From NCBI GenBank assembly GCA_944325555.1, contig CALVAN010000006.1, positions 22,998 to 86,997 of the forward strand: a stretch of DNA of 64,000 nucleotides, written 5' to 3'. The notes under the pieces are model-generated. The model did not search any database and was not told the DNA's origin. It saw nothing but the letters and a program-made list of their open reading frames with translations. Source of the stretch: Candidatus Gastranaerophilales bacterium. Its GTDB lineage: Bacteria > Cyanobacteriota > Vampirovibrionia > Gastranaerophilales > Gastranaerophilaceae. The stretch's first letter is position 1, and every line of letters starts with the position of its first letter. This document shows, piece after piece, positions 44,344 through 54,044 of the stretch. A program made the position numbers and the translations under genes.

Positions 44344-46383
44344 ATGAAAATACCGAATGATTTCAACAACAGAATCAACGGTAATACATCGGTTAATCAT
44401 AATTTTTCAGGTAGTGTAGAAGTTAGTAAAGAAAATATAACAACAGCCAAAGACAACTATGGTAAATCGCTGTATTCCTATAAGCCGCTAAACCTGCAAG
44501 GCATAGATACAATTGCCTTCATCGGCGAGCTTAAATCGCTGGATAACATGCATTGTCCGTTATGCGGCACAAAGATGTTGTCTGAAAAAGAATTCCAACA
44601 GGCAATGAAACAAGCCGGTGAAGTAAAAACTCCGGAAAATTTTTGCAATTTCTTAGATAAATACGCCGCAAATATTGCTCCGGATTTAAAAAACATTGTA
44701 AAAGACGCAAAATTAATGTTCTATAAGCTCAGAAACCCTGAAATAGAATCGTTCTTAAATGTTCTTGCAGAAGGATACGCAAAAAATACAGCTATAGCCA
44801 TTGACAAAACCAATGAAAAATTTACAAATACACTTAATGATTGCAATCTTACATATAATGACAAAAAAATTCTTTCAGATTGTCAGGTAGAAATCAATCA
44901 TTTATATAAAAACAAATCAAGAGAAGCTTTATTAAAATATTTAAATGCTTCATTAAGAAACACAATAAAACTGTTACAAACGCCTAAAAAAGATGACATA
45001 TACAATAATTTGACCTGTCAGCTGAAAAAAGATTGCAGACTGGAATTGCTTTTTAACAAAAGTCTTGCATCAATGGCGGCATCTGATTCCAAACAAAAAT
45101 CTGTATTGCGAAATTTATTAAGCTATTCAAAATCAGATATTCATAAAGTGAACAACCATAAACATGCACAACAAGGCACGATATTAAACATGATACTCAA
45201 CTGCGAGCATTGCAGTGCAGAACAAAAAAATCTGTACAATCTCCAAAGCACCGAAGAAATACACAACTATTACAAACATCTTCAAGAACTTGCAATATCA
45301 GCACTTGATGGCAAATTAAACAGTAACAAAGCTTACCCTATTGTACTTGCAAATTTTGTCAGGGACACATCTCATGAAAGAATTAATCCTGACGACAACG
45401 ATGTATTATTAAAACAATTATCAAATATCACAGGCGTAACAAAAAATCGTGATGTAAACTTTGAACTTGTTACCCACAGTGGAATCCCTTGCTACACTTG
45501 CGGGCAAGAAACAATTACCCACGAAGACAAATGCGACTTATTTGACAAAATCAAAAATACATCTTCTATGTATGAAATTGCCCAAATATTTGATGACAAC
45601 AAAAATATTATAAAACCGCAATACCTGCCTGTTATCGAAGAGTTTAAAAGTCTTTTGATAAAATTGCCGACAGCTAATGAAACAGACATATTGAGTATAT
45701 TGCGCAGAAACAGATATGAACAGATTAAAGAAGAACTCTTCAACTGCGCTTCCATAGCCGCAACTACCGCCAATATCAACAATTACAACGAATACAACCA
45801 AAACTTGATAAATACATATATTGAAAAAACACAAAACATGTTTTTAGATATGGATAAAGATAAAAAGTTTGATTTTTATAAATATCAAACAACTATGAAA
45901 GAAACTATAGGAGAACTTCAGGATCAGAACAACAGCAAATATATACTTACGCAAAAACTTATTCAAAAAATAAAAGATTTATACGGTTTGCAGGTAATTC
46001 TTTTCCCTGAAAAAGAAGTCTGTAATAAGGTTGGCAACCCTATAAAAGTAATTTCTCAGGATATATTTAAAAATTCTGTTGCTACTGTTAAAGACCTTGA
46101 TGTAAAAATACCTAACAACGACTTTAACACACTGGCACAACAAAAAGGCAGAAAAATTATAATGTGTAAATCCTGCAAAAAGAAACAAAAGGATAAAAAT
46201 CTAAAATTCTGGTACAAATTGCATCCGGAAATAAAACAAAATCTGCCAAAATATTTGCACAAAGTCGAAGAACTCACCAAAAATAAAGAGATAACAGGCT
46301 TTGAATACTATCCGTATGAAATTCTGGAAAACGTAAGAAAACTCACCGACGGAGATTTAGACATACCGCTAAATTCGTTATAA
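44344..46383 (+). CDS. Orphan 679-aa protein, internally duplicated, four CxxC pairs
   Basis: CPLCG (aa 71-75), CEHC (287-290), CYTCG (383-387) and CKSC (608-611). The flanking residues of pairs 1/3 and 2/4 align with each other. No family recognised. Confidence 0.65.
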   Translation: MKIPNDFNNRINGNTSVNHNFSGSVEVSKENITTAKDNYGKSLYSYKPLNLQGIDTIAFIGELKSLDNMHCPLCGTKMLSEKEFQQAMKQAGEVKTPENFCNFLDKYAANIAPDLKNIVKDAKLMFYKLRNPEIESFLNVLAEGYAKNTAIAIDKTNEKFTNTLNDCNLTYNDKKILSDCQVEINHLYKNKSREALLKYLNASLRNTIKLLQTPKKDDIYNNLTCQLKKDCRLELLFNKSLASMAASDSKQKSVLRNLLSYSKSDIHKVNNHKHAQQGTILNMILNCEHCSAEQKNLYNLQSTEEIHNYYKHLQELAISALDGKLNSNKAYPIVLANFVRDTSHERINPDDNDVLLKQLSNITGVTKNRDVNFELVTHSGIPCYTCGQETITHEDKCDLFDKIKNTSSMYEIAQIFDDNKNIIKPQYLPVIEEFKSLLIKLPTANETDILSILRRNRYEQIKEELFNCASIAATTANINNYNEYNQNLINTYIEKTQNMFLDMDKDKKFDFYKYQTTMKETIGELQDQNNSKYILTQKLIQKIKDLYGLQVILFPEKEVCNKVGNPIKVISQDIFKNSVATVKDLDVKIPNNDFNTLAQQKGRKIIMCKSCKKKQKDKNLKFWYKLHPEIKQNLPKYLHKVEELTKNKEITGFEYYPYEILENVRKLTDGDLDIPLNSL

Positions 46384-46673
46384 TATTTTAGCCGTAATTT
46401 GCGCTAATTTTTTGATTTAGCGCATCAGCAATCACGGCTAAATGTCATTGCGAGAACCGCTGTTTTGGGTTGCTGCATTATACTTAGTTGTTCGAAGCAA
46501 TCCGGACAATGTGCAAGGATTTTTGTTTGTACGCTTTATGTTTTAAACTGATTGCCACATCGGTACACCTAGCCGCAACGACAGCATTTAAAAATTCACC
46601 CAAAAACTTCTCAAATAACTGGCAAAAAAAATTCTTTTTGTTTTTTTACCTATACAAAAAGGAGAGTCATGTC

Positions 46674-47951
46674 ATGCTTAGGGTATCCAACAATTATTTT
46701 TCTGTTTCTGCCTCAAAATATAATAATTCATCAGTTTATACCACTACCCCAAAAATCAAATCACTTAATAAAGATACGATAAGTTTCGGTTATATAAACG
46801 CAGGTCCTGTGCCGAAGGACATACAGCTGTACAGAGCTATCGGCTATGGAGAATATAAAAAATTATTAGAAGGCAAATGCATAGAAGGTCATTCTTACAC
46901 AACATCAGATCCAAGAGGCTGGATAGCAAAAGGGTGGAATCTGGCTTATGGGGATTGGAATTCCGATAACTATTTTGTAACCTTCAAAACCAATCGTAAT
47001 CTTGATATTATGGACAGGCGCGACTCTTTGGAAGACACAAGATACAGCATAGGCGATTACACTCTTGATGACGTTAAAGAAATAAGAAAAGGTAACAACG
47101 TCCACGGTGAACTGCTATATGCTCCAAATTTTGAAGAAGCAAAAGCCGAAGATTTAAAAAAGAAAGAATCAGAAATTCAAAGACTGACAAAAATTATAAA
47201 ATCACAAATACAGCCCTCGCTTCAGGAAAAATTCCGATCTGTTTTCAGAAAAACTGACAATACCAACACTAAAAAAGAAATGCTTTACAACGCTTATGAC
47301 GAACTTGGCAGTTATTGCAAAGAATTTCCGGAAATAATAGATTCAATGATGTCAATAGCCCAACAAAAAGACAGTCACATCTATAATGTTATATCAATGG
47401 TTTATTATGCGAACAGAGAGCAGGATCTGTCTTATGTAAGAAAATACCTCAACGACTGTTTAGACAACAACAAAGTTATAAACAACAAAGCCGTTGAATA
47501 TATGAAAAAACAAGGAAAAAATGAAGATATGCCGTTGCTTATGCGGATGTTTACAGAAGGAGCCGACAAGCCAAGTATATCAAGACATACAGTAGTGGAC
47601 GCAATAAAAAAAGCTGCATCATCAAAAGAAGACTATGATATGCTTAAAAATACTTTCAAAAATTCCGATATCATATCTCAATATTATTTGATGCCATTTT
47701 TTGAAGATACGGACGATTATACAACATTGTCTAGATTCATTCTGGACAAATACAAGAACGAATCACAAAAAGAAATGTTTAAAGATTATAAAATCGAAGG
47801 ACTGATGAGTGCCTGCATTAAAGAACTTAAACAACACGGTTCTTTAGAGGATATAGAATATATAGAGCCATATGCAAAAGAAAATTTAGTCTATGTAAAC
47901 GAAGAAGCTCAAAAAGCAATTGCAACACTTGAAAACAAATACTCTAAATAG
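46674..47951 (+). CDS. Orphan 425-aa protein with ..KDTISFGY leader; helical-repeat-like C-terminal half
   Basis: The track ORF starts at 46488 inside repeat DNA. The ATG at 46674 is preceded by AAAAGGAGAG. The N/S/T-rich leader ends in ISFG at aa 36-39. Confidence 0.65.
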   Translation: MLRVSNNYFSVSASKYNNSSVYTTTPKIKSLNKDTISFGYINAGPVPKDIQLYRAIGYGEYKKLLEGKCIEGHSYTTSDPRGWIAKGWNLAYGDWNSDNYFVTFKTNRNLDIMDRRDSLEDTRYSIGDYTLDDVKEIRKGNNVHGELLYAPNFEEAKAEDLKKKESEIQRLTKIIKSQIQPSLQEKFRSVFRKTDNTNTKKEMLYNAYDELGSYCKEFPEIIDSMMSIAQQKDSHIYNVISMVYYANREQDLSYVRKYLNDCLDNNKVINNKAVEYMKKQGKNEDMPLLMRMFTEGADKPSISRHTVVDAIKKAASSKEDYDMLKNTFKNSDIISQYYLMPFFEDTDDYTTLSRFILDKYKNESQKEMFKDYKIEGLMSACIKELKQHGSLEDIEYIEPYAKENLVYVNEEAQKAIATLENKYSK

Positions 47952-48010
47952 CAAGCGCAACAAGCGATTTAAACAAAAGATACAAAAGATACAAAACATA
48001 AAATTAAAAT

Positions 48011-48047
48011 AAAAACAGGCATTCAAATAATTGAATGCCTGTTTTTT
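48011..48047. terminator. Bidirectional rho-independent terminator between convergent genes
   Basis: ACAGGCATTCAA-ATAA-TTGAATGCCTGT perfect 12-bp stem, flanked by an A-run and a T-run. Confidence 0.8.
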
Positions 48048-48070
48048 AAATTATGAAACTTATCTACAAA

Positions 48071-50155
48071 CTAAGCAGAAACGCCTGATTTTTCGATAAT
48101 TTCTTTTTCAACGTTAGCAGGAACCTGTTCGTATTTAGCAAATTCCATAGAGAATGTACCACGACCCTGAGTTTTTGAACGGATATCAGTTGCATAACCG
48201 AACATTTCAGCGAGCGGAACCATTGCTCTGATTTTCTGGATTCCTGTACCTTCGATAATTTCCATACCTTCAATACGTCCTCTTCTGGAAGCAATATCAC
48301 CAACGATATCACCTGTATTTTCTTCAGGTACTTCAATTTCTACTTTCATCATAGGTTCTAAGATGCAAGGTTTAGCTTTCTTACAACCTTCTTTGATTGC
48401 CATAGAACCGGCAATTTTAAATGCCATTTCAGAAGAGTCAACTTCGTGATATGAACCATCGTAAAGTGTAACTTTAACGTCAATCATCGGGAAGCCTGCT
48501 AAGATACCGCCTTCGAGAGCTTCTTCCATACCTTTTCTTGCAGGTTCGATGTATTCTTTCGGAATAGCACCACCGACGATTTTATTTTCGAATACAAAGC
48601 CGGCATTTTCTTCAGCAGGTTCAATTTGGATTTTAACGTGACCGTATTGACCTTTACCACCTGATTGTCTGATGAATTTAGAATCCTGATCAGCATTGCC
48701 TCTGATAGTTTCTCTGTAAGCAACCTGCGGTTTACCAACGTTAGCATCAACTTTGAATTCTCTTAACAATCTGTCTACGATGATGTCTAAGTGCAACTCA
48801 CCCATACCGGAGATGATTGTCTGACCTGTTTCTGTATCGGATTTAACACGGAATGACGGATCTTCCTCTGCAAGTTTTTGAAGAGCAATACCCATTTTAT
48901 CCTGGTCAGCTTTTGTTTTAGGTTCAATAGCTACAGAAATTACAGGTTCAGGGAATGACATTTTTTCTAAGATGATAGGTGCTTTTTCATCGCAAAGAGT
49001 ATCACCTGTTGTAGTGTCTTTCAAGCCTACGGCTGCACAAATATCACCTGCGTAAACTTCCTGAATTTCGTTTCTCTGGTCAGCGTACATTTGTACAAGT
49101 CTTGAAATACGTTCTTTCTTGCCGTTTGTAGCGTTAAGAACATAAGAACCTGCTGTCATTTTACCTGAATATATACGTAAGAAGGTTAAACGACCTACGT
49201 AAGGGTCTGTCATAACTTTGAAAGCAAGAGCAGAGAAAGGTTCATCTTCTGATGAGTGTCTTTCAACTTTTGAACCGTCTTCAAGTTCACCTTCAATAGC
49301 TTTAACATCTACTGGAGAAGGAAGATAGTTAACTACGTTGTCTAACAACAGCTGAACACCTTTGTTTTTGAAAGCAGTACCGCAGCATACGGGAACAATT
49401 TTGTTTTCGCATGTTGCTTTTCTCAAAACTTTCTTAAGTTCGTCTACGGTAGGTTCTTCACCTTCGAGGAACTTCATCATCAAATCGTCATCAAACTCAG
49501 AAATAGCTTCAACCAAAGCTGCGTGGTATTCTTGAGCTTTGTCCATCATATCTGCAGGAATTTCTTCTTCTCTGATATCAGTACCGAGGTCGTTAGTATA
49601 AATTTCAGCTTTCATTGTCAAAAGGTCAATCAAACCGGTAAATTTATCTTCTGCACCGATAGGCAATTGAATCGGATGAGCATTAGCGTTCAATCTGTTT
49701 CTCAACTGGTCTACTACACGGTAGAAGTTAGCACCTGTTCTGTCCATTTTGTTAACAAATACCATTCTGGGAACTTCGTATCTGTTAGCCTGTCTCCATA
49801 CAGTTTCGGACTGCGATTGAACACCGCCTACTGCACAAAATACAGCAACAACACCGTCTAATACACGTAATGAACGTTCAACTTCGATAGTGAAGTCAAC
49901 GTGGCCGGGGGTGTCGATAATATTTAATTGGTGACCCTTCCACATTGCTGTAACAGCAGCTGATTGGATAGTGATACCACGTTCTCTTTCCTGATCCATA
50001 AAGTCGGTAACAGCAGCACCATCGTGAACCTCACCTATTTTGTGAGTTTTACCTGTGTAAAACAAGATACGTTCTGTTGTAGTTGTTTTACCTGCGTCGA
50101 TGTGTGCAGCAATCCCGAAGTTTCTAACTTTTTCTAATGGGACTTGTCTAGGCAT
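48071..50155 (-). CDS. fusA: Translation elongation factor G
   Basis: 694 aa. [50 protein letters not shown] and all five EF-G domains are recognisable. Confidence 0.97.
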   Translation of the reverse strand: MPRQVPLEKVRNFGIAAHIDAGKTTTTERILFYTGKTHKIGEVHDGAAVTDFMDQERERGITIQSAAVTAMWKGHQLNIIDTPGHVDFTIEVERSLRVLDGVVAVFCAVGGVQSQSETVWRQANRYEVPRMVFVNKMDRTGANFYRVVDQLRNRLNANAHPIQLPIGAEDKFTGLIDLLTMKAEIYTNDLGTDIREEEIPADMMDKAQEYHAALVEAISEFDDDLMMKFLEGEEPTVDELKKVLRKATCENKIVPVCCGTAFKNKGVQLLLDNVVNYLPSPVDVKAIEGELEDGSKVERHSSEDEPFSALAFKVMTDPYVGRLTFLRIYSGKMTAGSYVLNATNGKKERISRLVQMYADQRNEIQEVYAGDICAAVGLKDTTTGDTLCDEKAPIILEKMSFPEPVISVAIEPKTKADQDKMGIALQKLAEEDPSFRVKSDTETGQTIISGMGELHLDIIVDRLLREFKVDANVGKPQVAYRETIRGNADQDSKFIRQSGGKGQYGHVKIQIEPAEENAGFVFENKIVGGAIPKEYIEPARKGMEEALEGGILAGFPMIDVKVTLYDGSYHEVDSSEMAFKIAGSMAIKEGCKKAKPCILEPMMKVEIEVPEENTGDIVGDIASRRGRIEGMEIIEGTGIQKIRAMVPLAEMFGYATDIRSKTQGRGTFSMEFAKYEQVPANVEKEIIEKSGVSA

Positions 50156-50661
50156 TTTGTTTTTCCTTTTTCTTTATTTATATTTCTACTACAATTTACA
50201 ATCTGTCATTCCGTTTTTAATACGGATTTAAACTTTATTATCAGATGACAATTAGTTTAAAACTGTGTGACAATTGAAAAAGACAGTTTTATGCTATCTT
50301 ATAAAAATCTTTACATAAAAATAAAAATTTTCAAAGAAAATGTTAAGAAAACTTTGTTCTAAAATTACAAGTTTCTGCTTGGCTAAATTATTATTTACAG
50401 TTTTATATCAGAGCATTGAAAATATTTGACATTATTACGACTTTACTAGCTTTTATATTAGCTTATGTATTAAATTAGTGTTAACAAAATAAATACCCGC
50501 AACCAAGGCAATGCCACCAATGACATAAATGCGATATTAGGGTAATTGAGTTTTTCTTATTTTTGTACAAATCTGAAAGAACATAAAAAAAGATAATAAG
50601 AATTATTAATTTTATGTTCTTTGGGTTATACAAAAAATTACGGATGTAATAAAATAAAGCA

Positions 50662-52719
50662 ATGAAAAAATTAATTACCTCATTTATCCTGACATCTTTT
50701 TTAGCTGCACCTTGTGCTTACGCACAGGACACGCTGCAAACAGCAAAAGCCGCAGAGCAAAAATCCGCAGCAGTGCAGGCACATACCATAAACCAACCCG
50801 TTATTCCGCAAAAGCTGGAAGCTGAAATAAAAGCTTCTATTGCTCAAATATACGGAAAAGAACACTGTGAAGAAATTTATAACAAAATCACTGAAATAGC
50901 ATCTCAAGCAATCAAAAACCGCCCTGCGGAACTGAAGAAAAATGATTTAAGCCGTTCAGATGACTGGTATAAAGATGAAATTATTTATATGTTTTATACA
51001 GACCAGTTTGGCGTAAGCAACACTGACGGAAAAAATACTTTCAAAGATACAGAAAGAATGTTCGGATATCTTAAAGATCTGGGTGTTACAACATTGTATA
51101 TGCTTCCGTTTGCGGATTCGCCCATGCAGGATTCAGGTTTTGACGTAAAAAATCCCAGAGATGTCCGCTCGGACTTGGGGGGAATGAAAGAGTTCAAAGA
51201 CTTTATCTCAAAGGCAAAAAAATATGGGTTTAAAATTAAGGCAGATTTGGTGCTAAACCATTTTTCACAGGAGCATGAATGGTTTAAACAGATAGAAAAA
51301 GGCGATTTGTCCAAACTTGATTACTTTGTAGTTACGGATGAAATGCCTCTTTATAAAAAATATCAGGACGAAAAACTCGGAACAGTGGTTGAGTATTTTG
51401 AAAAAGACGGCAGCGTGTCTAAAAGGAGGCTAATCTTCCCCGAAAACACCGAAAACCACTGGCGTAAAGTCACAATAAACGGAAAAGACTACTATTTTTA
51501 TCATACGTTTTATCCGTTTCAGCTTGATATAAACTGGGAAAATCCCGAGGTTTTATATTATTGTCTTGAAACAATAAGCTACTGGAGCAATATGGGGATT
51601 GATATTTTCCGAATGGATGCAATTCCATACCTGTCAAAAGAACCCGGAACCAATGCGGAAAATCAGCCCAAAACACACGCAATAATCCGCTTGTTAAGCA
51701 ATTATATTCAGGCAACTGCTCCTTCTTCCGTTATTCAGGTGGAAGCCTGCCAGCATCCGAAGGAGATTTTGCAGTATTTTGGCAAAGAAAGAACAGTTGA
51801 CCTGAACATAGACAACAAAACAGAAACCTTAAAAAGGACAGATGAAGCCCAGATTGCTTATCATTTCCCGTACATGCCGGCTATATGGGCAAGTTTAATT
51901 ACTCAGGATAAAAAATATTTCTTGGAAGCAAACAAAGAAACTCCGGCTATTCCGGAATCAGCGGCGTGGGCAATGTTTTTAAGGGTTCACGACGAGCTTA
52001 CTCTCGAGATGGTAACACCCGAGATAAGAGAAATTATCCACAACGACCTTGTTAAAAAGGGTGCGGATTTCAGAAAAGGTTTTGGAGTTAGCGGAAGGCT
52101 TGCCAACTTTCTGGATAATGATCCGGATAGAATAGAGCTTGCATTTTCAATATTGATGTCACTTCCGGGGATTCCTATTGTTTATTACGGTGATGAAATC
52201 GGTGCCAGAAACAACTTTAAAAACGCAAAAGAAACCGAACAGGAAAGAAAAGAACAGCAAACAAAATCAAAAACAAAATCAAAACTTTTAAGCTACTTTG
52301 ATTCCCGTGATATTCACAGGGGCAACATTCCGTATAAACTTTTCTACGGCTCGGCAAAGGACTATTATGAATTTAACAGCAAAGTTTACAAAAAGGTAAA
52401 AAATCTTATCCACCTCAGAAAAGAACTTCCCGTTATGTCGAGAGGCCAGTTTATTTTGCTGAACACCAAACTGCCTGCCAACTTTGCTTACATAAGAAAG
52501 GACAAAGACAAACAGATTCTTGTTGTTAACAACCTTTCCGACAAAAAAATTACGGCGGAAATCACTTTGCCCGTTGACATTATCCTAAAAAACAACGGAC
52601 ACATAAGAGTGCTGAAAAACCTAATAAACGACGACAACGTAAGAGTTAATCTTTCGCTTAAAAACAAGACAATGCACCTGAGAGTAAAACCCTACGGCGT
52701 CTTGTGGCTTGAATTATAA
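50662..52719 (+). CDS. Secreted GH13 alpha-amylase-family enzyme (amylosucrase / trehalose-synthase-like subgroup)
   Basis: Signal peptide (..LAAPCAYA). GH13 regions: DLVLNHFSQEH (I), GIDIFRMDAIPYL (II), VEACQ (III) and FLRVHDELTLE (IV). Confidence 0.85.
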   Translation: MKKLITSFILTSFLAAPCAYAQDTLQTAKAAEQKSAAVQAHTINQPVIPQKLEAEIKASIAQIYGKEHCEEIYNKITEIASQAIKNRPAELKKNDLSRSDDWYKDEIIYMFYTDQFGVSNTDGKNTFKDTERMFGYLKDLGVTTLYMLPFADSPMQDSGFDVKNPRDVRSDLGGMKEFKDFISKAKKYGFKIKADLVLNHFSQEHEWFKQIEKGDLSKLDYFVVTDEMPLYKKYQDEKLGTVVEYFEKDGSVSKRRLIFPENTENHWRKVTINGKDYYFYHTFYPFQLDINWENPEVLYYCLETISYWSNMGIDIFRMDAIPYLSKEPGTNAENQPKTHAIIRLLSNYIQATAPSSVIQVEACQHPKEILQYFGKERTVDLNIDNKTETLKRTDEAQIAYHFPYMPAIWASLITQDKKYFLEANKETPAIPESAAWAMFLRVHDELTLEMVTPEIREIIHNDLVKKGADFRKGFGVSGRLANFLDNDPDRIELAFSILMSLPGIPIVYYGDEIGARNNFKNAKETEQERKEQQTKSKTKSKLLSYFDSRDIHRGNIPYKLFYGSAKDYYEFNSKVYKKVKNLIHLRKELPVMSRGQFILLNTKLPANFAYIRKDKDKQILVVNNLSDKKITAEITLPVDIILKNNGHIRVLKNLINDDNVRVNLSLKNKTMHLRVKPYGVLWLEL

Positions 52720-53106
52720 AGTGTTCAAATACATCATTCCGTAGTTTAAATACGTTGCAAAACATACCCACAAAAAGTACGGAACAAGCAGCGCCGCAGA
52801 TACTTTGGATACCTTGTAAAATTCCGCCATAGTCATAAACACAAATATCAGCATTAAAATTATTATGACAAAACTCATGATTATGTTTTGCAAATAAAAA
52901 AACGCAGGCGCCCAGCACAAATTAAGCACCATTTGTATTCCGAAAAGAAAATAGCCGAGTTTTTTGTCCTTGTCGGTTTTTGTATAAATAAAAGTAAACA
53001 AAGCAAGAAAAATAAGCACATACAGATAAATCCACGCAGGGGTAAAAACCTGCCCCGGCGGGGTAAATGCAGGCTTATTCAAAGATTCGTACCATATCAT
53101 ATCCAT
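52714..53106 (-). CDS. tspO: TspO/MBR family protein, apparently lacking the first TM helix
   Basis: It starts MDMIWYESLNKPAFTPP.QVF.PAW..LY, which corresponds to the loop after TM1 in canonical TspO. An in-frame TAA lies 9 codons upstream of the ATG. It overlaps the GH13 gene by 6 nt (convergent). Confidence 0.65.
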   Translation of the reverse strand: MDMIWYESLNKPAFTPPGQVFTPAWIYLYVLIFLALFTFIYTKTDKDKKLGYFLFGIQMVLNLCWAPAFFYLQNIIMSFVIIILMLIFVFMTMAEFYKVSKVSAALLVPYFLWVCFATYLNYGMMYLNTL

Positions 53107-53201
53107 AACAATTTTATTATTACGGCTGATATTTTAAACCGCCATACACATTTGATTTGAGTATGGCGGGATTTTTAATATTTATAAATTTGAAATTTTT
53201 A

Positions 53202-53233
53202 TATAGTCAACTGCCCCCGACAAAATAACTATA
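53202..53233 (-). repeat. 32-nt repeat, inverted partner of 19759-19790
   Basis: TATAGTCAACTGCCCCCGACAAAATAACTATA, 31/32 identical to the reverse complement of 19759-19790. Confidence 0.85.
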
Positions 53234-53290
53234 CGGTACGAAAAAATTTCATCTTTCCTTTGCCTCGCTCGGACAATTACTTACGGAGTG

Positions 53291-53842
53291 TCAGATTCTT
53301 TTGTGCATGCTGCCGATAGAAGATGTTCCTGAAGAGGAATTGCTCGTGCTGCTGCCAAGGAGTTTGTTTAAAAGGTCATCACCGTTATTTGCGGCTTTTC
53401 TGTAGGTGTCGGCATAAATACCCGTGCCTATATCCGTTTTGTCTTCACCTTTTTTAAGACCCTGCAAACGAAGCTGTCCCGCTTTGATGACTTTGTCGAG
53501 AGTTGTAAAGTCAATGTCCGACATATTGTAGTGGTTGTACAGTGCAAAAAACTTGATTGACTGAGCCTCTGCAATCATTGCTTCGATGGCGGAGCGGTTT
53601 TTAGTTGCGATGTTTGAAATATCAAGGTTTGCCAGCCTCTGGCGCAATACGTCAGTGTTTTCGTTTTTCAAACGCTGAAAATTCTCCTGCTCCTGCTGAG
53701 CCATACGGATACGATACTCTTCGGGAGTTTCTGTAACCTTGCGGATATTTCTTGCGCTTTCTAAAGCCTCATCTCTTTGCTTTTGCATATCTTTTGAAAA
53801 CGGCGAGGTAATATACGCATCGATGTTCATTTCGTCCGACAT
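53291..53842 (-). CDS. Orphan 183-aa protein, helical, Ser-rich C-terminus
   Basis: The ORF is followed downstream by the hairpin CCGCCATAC...GTATGGCGG (53139-53169). No family recognised. Confidence 0.55.
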   Translation of the reverse strand: MSDEMNIDAYITSPFSKDMQKQRDEALESARNIRKVTETPEEYRIRMAQQEQENFQRLKNENTDVLRQRLANLDISNIATKNRSAIEAMIAEAQSIKFFALYNHYNMSDIDFTTLDKVIKAGQLRLQGLKKGEDKTDIGTGIYADTYRKAANNGDDLLNKLLGSSTSNSSSGTSSIGSMHKRI

Positions 53843-53946
53843 TTTTCACACCCTACAATTTATCTTCCACTTATTCATTATAAACCATGACGGAGAATTT
53901 TTTTGCTAGTTATTTGGAGGATTTTTGCAAATTCTCACAACCAATG

Positions 53947-53992
53947 CGTCATGCTGAGGAGCGAAGCGAGCCCAGGATCTGTACAAATTAGC
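53947..53992 (+). repeat. Partial copy of the TGTCAT...CAGGATCT element
   Basis: CGTCATGCTGAGGAGCGAAGCGAGCCCAGGATCTGTACAAATTAGC; compare 5581-5625. Confidence 0.7.
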
Positions 53993-54044
53993 AAACGAAG
54001 TCAACGAACTTTATGCAGTAAGAAAAAACAATCAAAGCAAAATC

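Noticed and set aside
36466-48047. A tRNA-Lys-integrated genomic island covering the MarR/MFS genes and the orphan cluster
   Set aside because: It is attractive because of the att-like tRNA fragments and the orphan content. However, I found no integrase, excisionase or mobility gene, and no copy of the tRNA 3' end near 48 kb. I kept it only as a remark inside the cluster finding.
19759-53233. The 32-nt inverted repeats as terminal inverted repeats of a 33-kb mobile element
   Set aside because: The interval contains core genes (feoB, prmA, accA, accD, an lptD-like gene, gatD, fusA) and no transposase or integrase. It is more likely two copies of a dispersed repeat.
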